This document shows positions 1 to 9,273 of a DNA stretch of 64,000 bases, piece by piece. Origin of the DNA: Verrucomicrobiota bacterium. GTDB lineage: Bacteria; Verrucomicrobiota; Verrucomicrobiia; Chthoniobacterales; UBA10450. The stretch covers positions 42,006 to 106,005 of the forward strand of contig QHOS01000017.1 in the NCBI GenBank assembly GCA_003219415.1, given 5' to 3'. How positions within the stretch are numbered: the stretch's first letter is position 1; each line of letters opens with the position of its first letter. The translations under genes and the position numbers were made by a program. Below the pieces are notes generated by a model. The model was not told the DNA's origin. It did no database searches and saw only the letters and a list, made by a program, of their open reading frames with translations.

Positions 1-1741
1 TGGTCTTGCCGCCGGGGCCAATGAGCGCCCCGATCTTCTCCGGATTAATTTTGATCGTCTCGATCCGGGGCGCGTACTTCGATAATTCCGGCCGCGGCTT
101 ATCCAATGCGCTGCGCATGATGTCGAGGATTTTGGAGCGCGCTTCTTTCGCGCGTTGGATCGCCTCTGCCATAATCTTGTGGCTGATACCTGGGAGTTTT
201 AAATCCAGCTGAAAACCAGTGACGCCCGCGTCAGTTCCGCAAAGCTTGAAATCCATGTCACCAAAATGATCTTCGGAACCGATGATGTCCGTGAGCAATT
301 CGTAGCGTTTCAATGCTTGATCGTCGCCGCGCTCGGTGACCAGCCCGATTGAGATTCCGCTAACCGGCGTTTTCACGGGCACACCCGCATCCATAAGCGC
401 CAGTGTTCCCGCGCATACGCTCGCCATGGAGGTCGACCCATTTGATTCCATAATTTCGCTCGATATGCGGATTGCGTATCGAAAATCGTTCTCGTTCGGC
501 ACAACGGGTTCCAACGAACGCTCCGCAAGCGCGCCATGGCCGATCTCGCGCCGGCCGGGCCCCCCTGTCCGTCCCGTTTCTCCTACGCTAAATGGCGGAA
601 AGTTGTAATGCAGAATGAACCGCTTCGATTGTTCGCCGCCGCCGTAGGCATCCAGCATCTGCGCTTCCTCGATCGGCGCGAGCGTCGCGAGCGCCATCGC
701 CTGAGTTTCGCCACGCTGAAAAATGGCCGAGCCGTGCGCACGTGGCAGAACGCTCACTTCGCAACCGATGGGCCGTAGATCCTGGTAGCCGCGACCATCG
801 ACCCGTTTCTGTTTTTCCAGAATACTGACGCGAAACGCCTTTTTTTGGACGTAATCGAATGCTTGCGAAATCGAAAAGGGGTCGGTCTCTGGATATTTTT
901 CCAGGATCGCCGTCTTCACTTCCTCACGCAACGCTTCGACAGCCTTAGCGCGAGCCACCTTGCCTTCAGTGTAAAGCGCCGCCACAATCCGGTCGCCTGC
1001 GACGCGGTAAGCGATATCGAGTAACTCCTGGTTGACCTGGAGCAGCTGCGGTTCGCGCTTGGGCTTCCCCGCCATCGCAGCCAATTCTTTCTGAACCCGA
1101 ATCATCTCGCGCGCATGTCCGTGCGCGAACTCGAGCGCTTTGACGAACTCGGCTTCCGGCAATTCTCTGGCCGATCCTTCGATCATGATCACATCGTTTT
1201 CGGTACCGACATAAATGAGATCGAGATCACTCTCGGCGCGTTGCGTGTGCGTCGGGTTCGCGACGAACTCCCCTTTCACTCGGCCGACGCGCACAGCACC
1301 GATTGGGCCAGCAAACGGAATGTCCGAAACGCACAGCGCAGCCGATGCGCCGTTCATCGCCAGAATGTCAGGATCATTCTCGCCGTCGGCGCTGAGCAAA
1401 ATCGAGATAATTTGCGTATCGTAAAAGTATCCCTGTGGAAAGAGCGGCCGCAGCGGCCGATCGATCATGCGCGACGTGAGCGTTTCCTTTTCCGTGGGAC
1501 GACCTTCGCGCTTGAAGTAGCCGCCCGGGAATTTTCCGACTGCTGCCGCTTTCTCGCGATAATCGACCGTCAGCGGAAAATAATCCTGGCCTTCTTTGAT
1601 GTTTGTAGCCGACACGGCGCTGGCGAGCACCATGGTGTCACCACACGTAATAACGACTGCGCCGTCGGCGAGTCTGGCGATTTTGCCGGTTTCGATTGAA
1701 ATGGGAGTAGCCCCAACTTGGGCCGTGACCTTCTGTTGCAT
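1..1741 (-). CDS. pnp: polynucleotide phosphorylase (PNPase), 5' part; C-terminus lies beyond the left window edge
   Basis: Manual translation of the minus strand from ATG (1741-1739) gives MQQKVTAQVGATPISIETGKIARLADGAVVITCGDTMVLASAV...FPLTVDYREKAAAVGKFPGGYFKREGRP, typical PNPase RNase-PH repeats. The frame stays open to position 1, where a KH-type IGPGGKT motif begins. It is absent from the ORF track only because no stop lies in the window. It sits downstream of rpsO as in the conserved rpsO-pnp operon. Confidence 0.93.
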   Translation of the reverse strand, partial: MQQKVTAQVGATPISIETGKIARLADGAVVITCGDTMVLASAVSATNIKEGQDYFPLTVDYREKAAAVGKFPGGYFKREGRPTEKETLTSRMIDRPLRPLFPQGYFYDTQIISILLSADGENDPDILAMNGASAALCVSDIPFAGPIGAVRVGRVKGEFVANPTHTQRAESDLDLIYVGTENDVIMIEGSARELPEAEFVKALEFAHGHAREMIRVQKELAAMAGKPKREPQLLQVNQELLDIAYRVAGDRIVAALYTEGKVARAKAVEALREEVKTAILEKYPETDPFSISQAFDYVQKKAFRVSILEKQKRVDGRGYQDLRPIGCEVSVLPRAHGSAIFQRGETQAMALATLAPIEEAQMLDAYGGGEQSKRFILHYNFPPFSVGETGRTGGPGRREIGHGALAERSLEPVVPNENDFRYAIRISSEIMESNGSTSMASVCAGTLALMDAGVPVKTPVSGISIGLVTERGDDQALKRYELLTDIIGSEDHFGDMDFKLCGTDAGVTGFQLDLKLPGISHKIMAEAIQRAKEARSKILDIMRSALDKPRPELSKYAPRIETIKINPEKIGALIGPGGKT

Positions 1742-1957
1742 TTTACTTTTCCTGGATGTGCAATTCCAGGTGGGTCACCCTGACTGTAGGTTTTAAACCC
1801 GCACGAGGGTCACTCGCCGAAGCGAGCGCCACGATCCGAAACTAAAACCTAAAATCCAAGGTGATTACTGCACCTGGAACTGCTGATTATCTTTTGTTTT
1901 TAATTTGGTTACGGCTTCGAGCAATTCAAACAGTAGGACGCGAACGTGGGGTCCGCG

Positions 1958-2221
1958 TTATTTGCGCAGGTTCAGTTTGTCGATCAGTTTCTTATAACGA
2001 TCGGCTTTTGTTTTGCTCAAATAATCGAGCAAACTCCGGCGATGCGCGACCATCTTAAGCAGGCCGCGTCGCGAAGAGTGATCCTTCCCGTTGATCTTAA
2101 GGTGTTCGGTTAAATGCTCGATCCGGCTGGTTAGAAGTGCGACCTGCACATCCGCGCTGCCGGTATCTTTCTCATGCAACTGGAACTCCTGGAGATTCGA
2201 CGTTTGGTTGCTCTCTGCCAT
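1958..2221 (-). CDS. rpsO: 30S ribosomal protein S15
   Basis: ORF 1958..2266(-). The internal start [68 protein letters not shown] gives 87 aa, the normal S15 length, with the S15 signature (DTGS..VQ.A.LT.RI..L..H...). Confidence 0.93.
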   Translation of the reverse strand: MAESNQTSNLQEFQLHEKDTGSADVQVALLTSRIEHLTEHLKINGKDHSSRRGLLKMVAHRRSLLDYLSKTKADRYKKLIDKLNLRK

Positions 2222-2290
2222 AACGAAGGCGCTAATGTAGATGAAGACCGCATTTTGGCAACCCATGTGCTGAAGCCTCGTGTCGCGACA

Positions 2291-3001
2291 TCATGCCGGG
2301 TTGCCTTCGCGTTTGCCGTCGTACCATAAACGCAATCTGGCGCGCGACCGCGCCATGCGGGGTCCGCCGAGGATCATAATAAGCAGCGTGCCAAGAATTT
2401 GCCTGGCTGGATACATGCGCAACTTCCGGCCCGAGGTGAGAACGGGTTCCCTGAGTACCTTGAAACGGCCAAGTTTCCTTAGCGCGAGACTGAAATAAAC
2501 TTCTTCGCCGGCAAAATATTGCTCATCGAAACCGCCAGTTGCCTCGAAATTGCTTCGTGTAGTGAAGAGAAATGCGCCTGCGCCCAGATTCAGGCCAAAA
2601 TAAAGGGTGCAAAACGCGTGTAACAGAATGCGGCTCCACAATGGGATGAATCCATCCATGACTCCGCGCGCGCTGCCGCCAGTGTAACCCACCTCGAGCA
2701 GAGCCATTGCTTCGGTCACGTGGGTCTTGTTGATTCGCGTATCGGCGTCAACGAAAAACAGATATTCACCCTGCGCTGCGCGCGCGCCAGCGTTTCGGGC
2801 AGCACCAATTTGGCGTCGATGGATCGACACGACTCGGGCACCAGCTTGCTCGGCGATTTCTGGCGTAGCATCTGTCGATGCATCATCCACCACGATGATT
2901 TCGACCGGCTGAGACAAACCAGAAGTTGCAGCGCGAATCGCGCCGAGCGTAGAGGGAAGCTCTGTCTCTTCGTTGTACGCGGGAACAATAAATGAGATCA
3001 T
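2291..3001 (-). CDS. glycosyltransferase family 2 (short, GtrB/polyprenyl-phosphate type)
   Basis: N-terminus ISFIVPAYNEE...IIVVDDASTDAT...FFVDADT shows the GT-A DxD architecture. 236 aa. Confidence 0.8.
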   Translation of the reverse strand: MISFIVPAYNEETELPSTLGAIRAATSGLSQPVEIIVVDDASTDATPEIAEQAGARVVSIHRRQIGAARNAGARAAQGEYLFFVDADTRINKTHVTEAMALLEVGYTGGSARGVMDGFIPLWSRILLHAFCTLYFGLNLGAGAFLFTTRSNFEATGGFDEQYFAGEEVYFSLALRKLGRFKVLREPVLTSGRKLRMYPARQILGTLLIMILGGPRMARSRARLRLWYDGKREGNPA

Positions 3002-3167
3002 TTATTCCTGGTCTCGGAAATTCACTGGCGGGGTAATCCAATCGTTTTGATCATCGAACTTATTTCTCATTTATCCATTTCGCTGCCGGCGCGCAATTGA
3101 AAGCAGGCAATTGGTAAGAGTCGTTAGGGCCTGGATCAACTGGTCACCGCTACAGATTGACTTGCGT

Positions 3168-3362
3168 ATGACAAAGATCGAGATGGGAACCGTGCTTGCG
3201 AGAGCGTTTGTAATTTTCATTTCGGTCTGGTCGTTGCTCTCCGGCTGCGCGGACACAAAACAGGCTGCACAGTCAGACTCTAATTCCCTCCTTCGCACAC
3301 TAGACAGCGACCACGAGGTCCACGGTGAAGTAGGCGTGATGTACGGTCATAGCGCGAGATAA
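3168..3362 (+). CDS. small putative lipoprotein (hypothetical)
   Basis: MTKIEMGTVLARAFVIFISVWSLLSGCADTK has a signal peptide followed by a lipobox-like LSGC. It has no recognisable family and the start is uncertain (ORF 3111..3362). Confidence 0.4.
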   Translation: MTKIEMGTVLARAFVIFISVWSLLSGCADTKQAAQSDSNSLLRTLDSDHEVHGEVGVMYGHSAR

Positions 3363-3456
3363 GCCTGCGGGTATTCACCGCAGCACAACGACTTCAACTT
3401 CTACCTCGTCGTCGCATAGAGGAGTGAATCGAGAAGCTTTCCGGGAGCTGCATCGA

Positions 3457-3870
3457 CTATTTGGCGTCGAATTTAATGCCGGCTTTCTGGACTTCGCCGT
3501 AAGGCAAAAGCCAGACGAGCGATTCATCGTGAAGATCGACAACCTGAATTCGGTTGCCCCACGGATCGCGAAAATCACAGCGAAACGGCGGCTCCAGTTT
3601 TAGTTTGTATTTTTCTTGGAGTTTCTTTCGGACTTCCGCCAGTTGCGCTTCATCGCGCACCATGATCCCGAAATGCCGCATGTTCGCCGGTTGCACCTTA
3701 TCCACCTCGAAAATTGCAAGGAACTGGTGTTCGCCCAATTTGAAAAACGCATCGCCTTCGCCGCCACGCATCTGTTCGAGATTGAAAACGTCCTTGTAAA
3801 ACGCCACCGCCTTTTCGATGTCATCGACCTCGATGGCCACATGATTGCATCCATAAACTTGCACGCTCAT
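3457..3870 (-). CDS. VOC/glyoxalase-bleomycin resistance family protein
   Basis: Internal start MSVQVYGCNHVAIEVDDIEKAVAFYKDVFNL...HFGIMV...DPWGNRIQV, a typical glyoxalase-fold beta-alpha-beta-beta-beta pattern. Confidence 0.8.
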   Translation of the reverse strand: MSVQVYGCNHVAIEVDDIEKAVAFYKDVFNLEQMRGGEGDAFFKLGEHQFLAIFEVDKVQPANMRHFGIMVRDEAQLAEVRKKLQEKYKLKLEPPFRCDFRDPWGNRIQVVDLHDESLVWLLPYGEVQKAGIKFDAK

Positions 3871-4009
3871 CTGCCAGCTTAGCCGAAAACGAAGCTGTGC
3901 GCGCCACGCTTCTTTATGGGACGAGAATGTTCGCGGGATTGTAAAGAATAAGCGGTTAAGCGACACTCCGCGGAACCGAGTCTGCGTATTCCAAGAAATT
4001 ATTCGAACG

Positions 4010-5566
4010 ATGCGCGATGCAATTCCAGTAGCGGTGAATCCAAGGCGTTCCAGCGCTGAACCGATTCTAATAATTCTCTTCAGCGTCGTAGCGCTCTTGA
4101 TCCATCTCCTGACAATCGGGCGCTACGGTTATTTTCGTGACGAGCTCTACTACATCGCCTGCGGTCGGCATCTCGCCTTCGGATATGTGGACCAACCTCC
4201 GTTGTCGATCCTGCTGCTGCGCCTGAGCCAGATCCTTCTCGGCAACTCATTGTTTATGATTCGTCTTCTTCCTGCGCTAGCAGGAGCGGCGACGGTTGCA
4301 ATCACAGGTTTGATCGCACGTGAACTGGGCGGACGCGGGTGGGCGATTGCGCTCGCCTGCGCGGGCTCGCTCTGTGCGCTGTTCAGTTTGGCGGTCGGCA
4401 ATTTTTTCTCCATGAACGCGTTTGAGCCGCTGTTCTGGATGGGATGCATTTATCTGCTCGTTCGGATTATCAACGGTGGTTCACCGATCCTTTGGCTTTG
4501 GTTCGGCGCTCTTCTGGGACTCAGTCTCGAAAACAAACATTCCACGGCGTTTTTCGCGGCTGGCATTTTCGTCGCGCTGCTACTCACGCCCGAGCGCCGC
4601 CATTTCGCTGAGAAATGGATCTGGTTCGGTGGTCTGATCGCGTTCGCCATCGCGTTGCCGAACGTTCTATGGCAGCTGCAAAATCATTGGCCCACGTACG
4701 AGCTATTGAGCAACATTGCGCACAGCGACAAAAACGTCGCTCTAAGCCCGGCACAATTCATCGTGCAGCAGGTTGTTTTCATGAATCCGGCAACGCTTCC
4801 GCTGTGGCTCGCCGGGTTATGCTGGGTGTTCGGTTCCCGCGAGGGCCGGCGCTATATCGCGCTTGGAGTCATATATCTGGTCATGCTCGCCGAGTTCATC
4901 ATCTTGCACGGCAAAAGCTACTATCTCGCACCCGCGTATCCGATGCTTCTTGCATCGGGAGGCGTGGCATTAGAGCGCGTTTTCGCTAACCGATTGAAAT
5001 GGTTTAAGCCGGCATTGCTGGTTGTAATCGTCCTGACCGGCGCGCTATTTGCGCCATTGGCCATACCAATTTTGCCGCCCGGCAAACTGGTCGCGTACAT
5101 GCGAGCCATCCACCAAGAGCCGCCACGCACTGAAACTTCGCATACCGCTCCGCTGCCCCAGCTTTTCGCCGATCAATTTGGCTGGCAAGAAATGGTCGCA
5201 TCGGTCGCACACGTTTATCATCACTTGCGGCCCGAAGATGAGAAACGCGCTGCCATCTTCTGCCAAAACTATGGCGAGGCTGGAGCAATTGATTTCTTTG
5301 GTCCCAAGTTTGGGCTGCCATCGGCAATTTCTGGCCATCAGAATTATTTTCTCTGGGGACCGCGAGATTGGAATGGCGAAGTTGCTTTGGTGCTCGACAC
5401 GCGGGATGACAACGAGCGCGAGCAATTCGCCTCAGTCGAAGATTTGGGCCAAATCGTGAGCAGTCCGTGGGCGATGCCTTTTGAACGCCGGACGCATATT
5501 TATCTCTGTCGCGATTTGAAGGTTAACGTGCGGGAATGCTGGCCACATGTAAAAAAGTGGCTTTAA
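4010..5566 (+). CDS. GT-C fold glycosyltransferase (ArnT/PMT-like, GT39/GT83-type membrane protein)
   Basis: 518 aa and polytopic. The N-terminal loop motif YFRDELYYIACGRHLAFGYVDQPPL is typical of ArnT/dolichyl-phosphate-mannose mannosyltransferase-like enzymes. It lies near the short GT2 at 2291-3001. Confidence 0.8.
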   Translation: MRDAIPVAVNPRRSSAEPILIILFSVVALLIHLLTIGRYGYFRDELYYIACGRHLAFGYVDQPPLSILLLRLSQILLGNSLFMIRLLPALAGAATVAITGLIARELGGRGWAIALACAGSLCALFSLAVGNFFSMNAFEPLFWMGCIYLLVRIINGGSPILWLWFGALLGLSLENKHSTAFFAAGIFVALLLTPERRHFAEKWIWFGGLIAFAIALPNVLWQLQNHWPTYELLSNIAHSDKNVALSPAQFIVQQVVFMNPATLPLWLAGLCWVFGSREGRRYIALGVIYLVMLAEFIILHGKSYYLAPAYPMLLASGGVALERVFANRLKWFKPALLVVIVLTGALFAPLAIPILPPGKLVAYMRAIHQEPPRTETSHTAPLPQLFADQFGWQEMVASVAHVYHHLRPEDEKRAAIFCQNYGEAGAIDFFGPKFGLPSAISGHQNYFLWGPRDWNGEVALVLDTRDDNEREQFASVEDLGQIVSSPWAMPFERRTHIYLCRDLKVNVRECWPHVKKWL

Positions 5567-5585
5567 GCCCGGAACACTTTCGAAG

Positions 5586-6605
5586 CTAATCGCGGACCGC
5601 GTTCATCCCCTGCCGCACGATCCGGTCGATCAGTTGCGGATACGGCAAACCCGCTTTTCCCGCTGCAAGGGCAAAGTCTTCATCGTTGGCGAGAATGGGA
5701 TTGGGATTGGCTTCGATGAAATAAACTTCGTTGGCCTCTGTCAGCCGCAGGTCAATGCGCGCATACCCGTCAATGGTGAGCAGACGATAGATGCGTTTGC
5801 ACGTCTCCTCGATGTGGCTCACAAGTTGTGGATCGAGGTCTTCGGCGAATCGATTTTCCAATCCCCAGCGTTTGCGGTATTCGTCATCCCATTTCGCCTT
5901 AAACGTCGCAATCTTTGGTTCGTTAGGCGGCACTTCGCGAAAGACCAGTTCGCGAACAGGAAGCACTATTAGCCGCACGTTGCCCATCAAACTTACGTAG
6001 AGTTCGCGGCCATCGATGTATTCCTCGGCGATTGCATCGCTGTTATATTTCTCATGAACAAAAGTCACGCGCTCGCGGAACTGCTCGTCGGTATCGACGA
6101 ACGACGCCTGCGAAATCCCATACGATGCCTCTTCCTTCACCGGCTTCACCAGGATTGGGAACCTAAGCTGCTTCGGTCGCGCGATGCGCTGACCACGTGG
6201 AATGACGACGAAATGCGGGACGTGGATGCCGTGATAATGTAGGATCTTCTTGGAAATGCCTTTGTGCTTGCAAAGAGTAAGGCCCGTTGAACCGCAGCCG
6301 GTAAACGGCAGGCCTTGCATTTCGAAAAACGAAACGATGTTTTGATCGAACCCGGGATTGTTCCTGAATTGTTCGACGAGGTTGAAAAGAATGTCGGGAG
6401 CGAAAGTCTCTAGTTTTTGACGCACAAGATCGACCTCATCGTAGATCGCGAGATGCTCTGCGGTGTGACCAAGCGTGCCGAGCGCGGCCATGACGTCCGC
6501 CTCGGTTTTCCAGTCCTTTGTCTTCAGCTCCTTTGTGAAATCCTGATCGACGGTTGTTGGACTTGTGCCGTCGAAAAGCACGAGGATTTTAAGTTTCTTT
6601 TTCAC
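5586..6605 (-). CDS. ATP-grasp ligase, D-alanine--D-alanine ligase family
   Basis: KILVLFDG...FNLVE...CKHKGISKKIL...FPILVKPVKEEASYGI...AEEYIDGRELYVSLMGN...FIEANPNP, a Ddl-like ATP-grasp layout. 339 aa. Confidence 0.8.
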   Translation of the reverse strand: MKKKLKILVLFDGTSPTTVDQDFTKELKTKDWKTEADVMAALGTLGHTAEHLAIYDEVDLVRQKLETFAPDILFNLVEQFRNNPGFDQNIVSFFEMQGLPFTGCGSTGLTLCKHKGISKKILHYHGIHVPHFVVIPRGQRIARPKQLRFPILVKPVKEEASYGISQASFVDTDEQFRERVTFVHEKYNSDAIAEEYIDGRELYVSLMGNVRLIVLPVRELVFREVPPNEPKIATFKAKWDDEYRKRWGLENRFAEDLDPQLVSHIEETCKRIYRLLTIDGYARIDLRLTEANEVYFIEANPNPILANDEDFALAAGKAGLPYPQLIDRIVRQGMNAVRD

Positions 6606-6623
6606 GTCGTTTTGTCGCCTTTG

Positions 6624-7676
6624 TCATTTGGTGCGCTTGAATTTTCCGGTGAAAAGATAATTCATCACCAGCGTGGTGATAAATGCGGAGACGCGAAAAT
6701 CCTGTTGCGGATCGTCATTGAGCACGTGGAGCCCGAGCTGATCGCAGCGGCGGGTCAGCCGGGCGAGCAGCTGGTTCACCCGGAACTTGTTCTCATTCGT
6801 CCATTGACAGATGGCGTTCAATAATCGTCGCCGCCGCCGTTGCAGATAGACGCTTGCTTTGATGCCCGCCGGCGCTGCGAAAAGTTGCCGCAGATCGGCG
6901 TCATAGAAATCTGGGTATGTATCTTCGTAGAGCTTTCGTTTGCGCGCGTAATAAGTCTTGAGTTTGACGTTCAAACAATCGTAATCAGCGACGCGATACT
7001 CGGGCATGTGAACTGGTGGCTTGCCCACCAACGAGCGCATTAACTCATCGACGTATTCCAGTTTTTGGAGCGCCCGCCAGCGTGCGTAACGCTTGCGCCA
7101 GTCGAGCCCGGGCGTAAGCCAGACCGCGAAGGTTTCCGCGAAATCTTCATCGGGATGGCTCTGCGCGTACCAGTCCTCGAGATGCATGACATAGCTGCGG
7201 CTGAACGGTCGGGGGCGGTAACTGTCCGGCGTCTCTTCACGTGAAGTTTGCCCGAAAAGCTCCTGCCATTTCTTCTTCCGGGTGAGACGATACGCATACA
7301 TATAAGCGTGACCCGCTTCATGTCGCATCAATTTCATGAACCACTCGGGCGTACCTCCCTCGACCTCGAGCATCATCGTCCGCTCCAGTGCCCGCAACCG
7401 ATCGTGCACGAGGAAAAACGGAATGAAAATGGCCGGGATACCGATTGGCACAAACCATTCATCGCCCACGTGACACGGTGGGTGAAACACAAGCCCACGC
7501 GCCGACAGTTCATCATATAATTGCCGAATGAGCGGTTCCAGTGCGGTGCCTTCAAGGCGCAGACCAAGCGTGGAGATGCGGCGTTCGAGAAGTTCCTCGT
7601 CACTCAGCGACGCCCAATCGGCAGTTTCCATTTCGCGCATGGTATCATCGAGCGATGCCCTGTCACGCCTTGCCAA
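6624..7676 (-). CDS. putative zinc metallopeptidase (HExxH)
   Basis: 350 aa with an MRHEAGHAY HExxH motif and a downstream acidic residue (DFAETF). It lies 18 bp upstream-adjacent to the ATP-grasp gene, so they are probably one operon. Confidence 0.7.
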   Translation of the reverse strand: MARRDRASLDDTMREMETADWASLSDEELLERRISTLGLRLEGTALEPLIRQLYDELSARGLVFHPPCHVGDEWFVPIGIPAIFIPFFLVHDRLRALERTMMLEVEGGTPEWFMKLMRHEAGHAYMYAYRLTRKKKWQELFGQTSREETPDSYRPRPFSRSYVMHLEDWYAQSHPDEDFAETFAVWLTPGLDWRKRYARWRALQKLEYVDELMRSLVGKPPVHMPEYRVADYDCLNVKLKTYYARKRKLYEDTYPDFYDADLRQLFAAPAGIKASVYLQRRRRRLLNAICQWTNENKFRVNQLLARLTRRCDQLGLHVLNDDPQQDFRVSAFITTLVMNYLFTGKFKRTK

Positions 7677-7747
7677 GTTTCTGAGTTCGGCGTTGGGTGT
7701 GAAGAGCTGCGCGCTAAATATTGAACCTCAGGGAAAAGATAGACTGA

Positions 7748-8302
7748 ATGCAAAGAGCTGAAGAAAAAAAGCATTGCAGACATTCGGACGGTTATCCGGT
7801 GGCACGAGTTGCTTCCGACTCTTTTAAGATTCGTCGCGCTACTCTGCGGGATGCCGACATCATCGCGTGGCATCGAGCGCGGATGTTTCAGGATATGGCA
7901 GACGTTTCCGGTGATGCCTTTGAGATTCTGCGCACTAAATCGCGGACACGACTGGAGCAGTGGCTCGATAGCGGCGGCTACATCGGCTGGCTTGCAACTC
8001 CGGCCGACAAACCGGAGACGATTGTTGGAGGCGCTGGTGTTCAGTTACAACCGATCCTGCCACGCCCGGTCGACACCTCTACAATTGGCGAAGGCCGGCA
8101 GGCGATAATTGTGAATGTTTTCACCGAACCGCAATGGCGACGACACGGAATCGCCAGCCTCCTCGTCAAGGAGATCGTCACTTGGTCGAAGGATCAGCGG
8201 ATCGACCGTCTCTTGCTTCATGCTTCGGACGAAGGCCGCTCACTTTATGAGAAGTCCGGATTCGTCGCCAGCAACGAAATGCGCTTCTCGGGCGGTCAGT
8301 AA
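7748..8302 (+). CDS. GNAT family N-acetyltransferase
   Basis: The C-terminal segment QWRRHGIASLLVKEIVTWSKDQRIDRLLLHASDEGRSLYEKSGF matches GNAT motif A (Q/RxxGxA). The start codon is uncertain. Confidence 0.75.
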   Translation: MQRAEEKKHCRHSDGYPVARVASDSFKIRRATLRDADIIAWHRARMFQDMADVSGDAFEILRTKSRTRLEQWLDSGGYIGWLATPADKPETIVGGAGVQLQPILPRPVDTSTIGEGRQAIIVNVFTEPQWRRHGIASLLVKEIVTWSKDQRIDRLLLHASDEGRSLYEKSGFVASNEMRFSGGQ

Positions 8303-8357
8303 TTCTTTTTCCCTAATTCTCCAAAGTCCCGCGGTTCACTTTTCTCGCGTGGACCGT

Positions 8358-8385
8358 TTGACAATTCCGCTAACTCCTCTATAGG
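8358..8385 (+). promoter_or_regulatory. sigma70-like promoter candidate (TTGACA-N16-TATAGG) ahead of the 3D-domain gene
   Basis: TTGACA at 8358-8363 and TATAGG at 8380-8385. It is followed by a 115-165 nt leader containing hairpins (GGCTCGG-CACA-CCGAGTC; CGCC-CAGAA-GGCG). Confidence 0.3.
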
Positions 8386-8556
8386 GAGGCCGGCTCGGCA
8401 CACCGAGTCGTCGTCAAGTCCGCGCGTCGCCCAGAAGGCGCTAGTACGCCGGGGCTATTCCGAACCCGAGATCAATCTGCGTTCCTGCGGCTCTCGGCAT
8501 CGAGAATGGCTCGCTCTACCCGAGACTCGACAACGTCGGAGCAACGCTTGGACATT

Positions 8557-8973
8557 ATGAAGTCATTTTACACAGTCATGTTTTTGTTATCGTTGGCATC
8601 GGCCGCTTTCGCGCGCGAGGAGTCGATCCTGGCGCGTGTCACCAGTTACTGGGCAGGTCAGGGCCCTAAATACGCCAGTACCGGCCGACGACTGTGCGCC
8701 GGACATTGCGCTGTCGATCCGAAACGAATTCCGTACGGCAGCAAAGTTGTTTTCCCTGATCGGGCCTGCACCGCGGTCGACACCGGGCCGGCGGTCGTTA
8801 GTCGCAAAGCGGCTCGTCTATGCGGACGAACTGCGAGCCAACTCAAGGCCATCGTGGTCGACCGATTTTTTGAAACAAAGCGAGAGGCGATGGCGTGGAC
8901 GAACACGCATCCCCACTTTATGACCGTTCAAATTGTCCGGCCCGGATCTCACTCAGAACCGCCCGAGCCATGA
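8557..8973 (+). CDS. secreted 3D-domain (MltA/RlpA-like double-psi beta-barrel) protein
   Basis: Signal peptide MKSFYTVMFLLSLASAAFA, then ARVTSYW...CAVDPKRIPYGSKVVF...AVDTGPAV, a 3D-domain pattern. The ORF track start at 8506 is probably too far upstream. Confidence 0.7.
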   Translation: MKSFYTVMFLLSLASAAFAREESILARVTSYWAGQGPKYASTGRRLCAGHCAVDPKRIPYGSKVVFPDRACTAVDTGPAVVSRKAARLCGRTASQLKAIVVDRFFETKREAMAWTNTHPHFMTVQIVRPGSHSEPPEP

Positions 8974-9273
8974 TTAAGTGGAAAAAAGTTCGGATCGCTT
9001 CTATCACCGCGAGAGGCCTTTATGGCTGAAATCACGAGGCATTACTGGACAGACACGCAAACGGCTGTAGATAGATACCCGATGAAAACGACTAATGCGC
9101 CAATTGGCGTCGCCCGCCGCGGCGGGCAGGCGGCATAAAGGCTCGTTAGATATCGCCAAGTTGGAGCCCGCAATTCGCGGCACCCCAGTGGTCGAATCAC
9201 ACCACGCGCGGTTTTTTTGCGCCCGGTCCTCTCGAACCGCATTCGGGAACCACACTTAACAATCTAGAAATTT

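Noticed and set aside
1115-1699. 194-aa + strand ORF and several smaller + ORFs in 6-1800
   Set aside because: They lie antisense to the clear PNPase reading frame on the minus strand, which the ORF track omits only because it has no stop in the window.
8340-8505. Possible c-di-AMP (ydaO-type) riboswitch upstream of the 3D-domain gene
   Set aside because: Only loose resemblance was seen (CGCUAAC.., GGGG..CCGAACCCGA..AUCAAUCUGCG). The best promoter candidate (8358-8385) would start transcription downstream of the first pseudo-repeat, so half of the motif would not be transcribed. It is kept only as a generic structured-leader finding pending cmscan.
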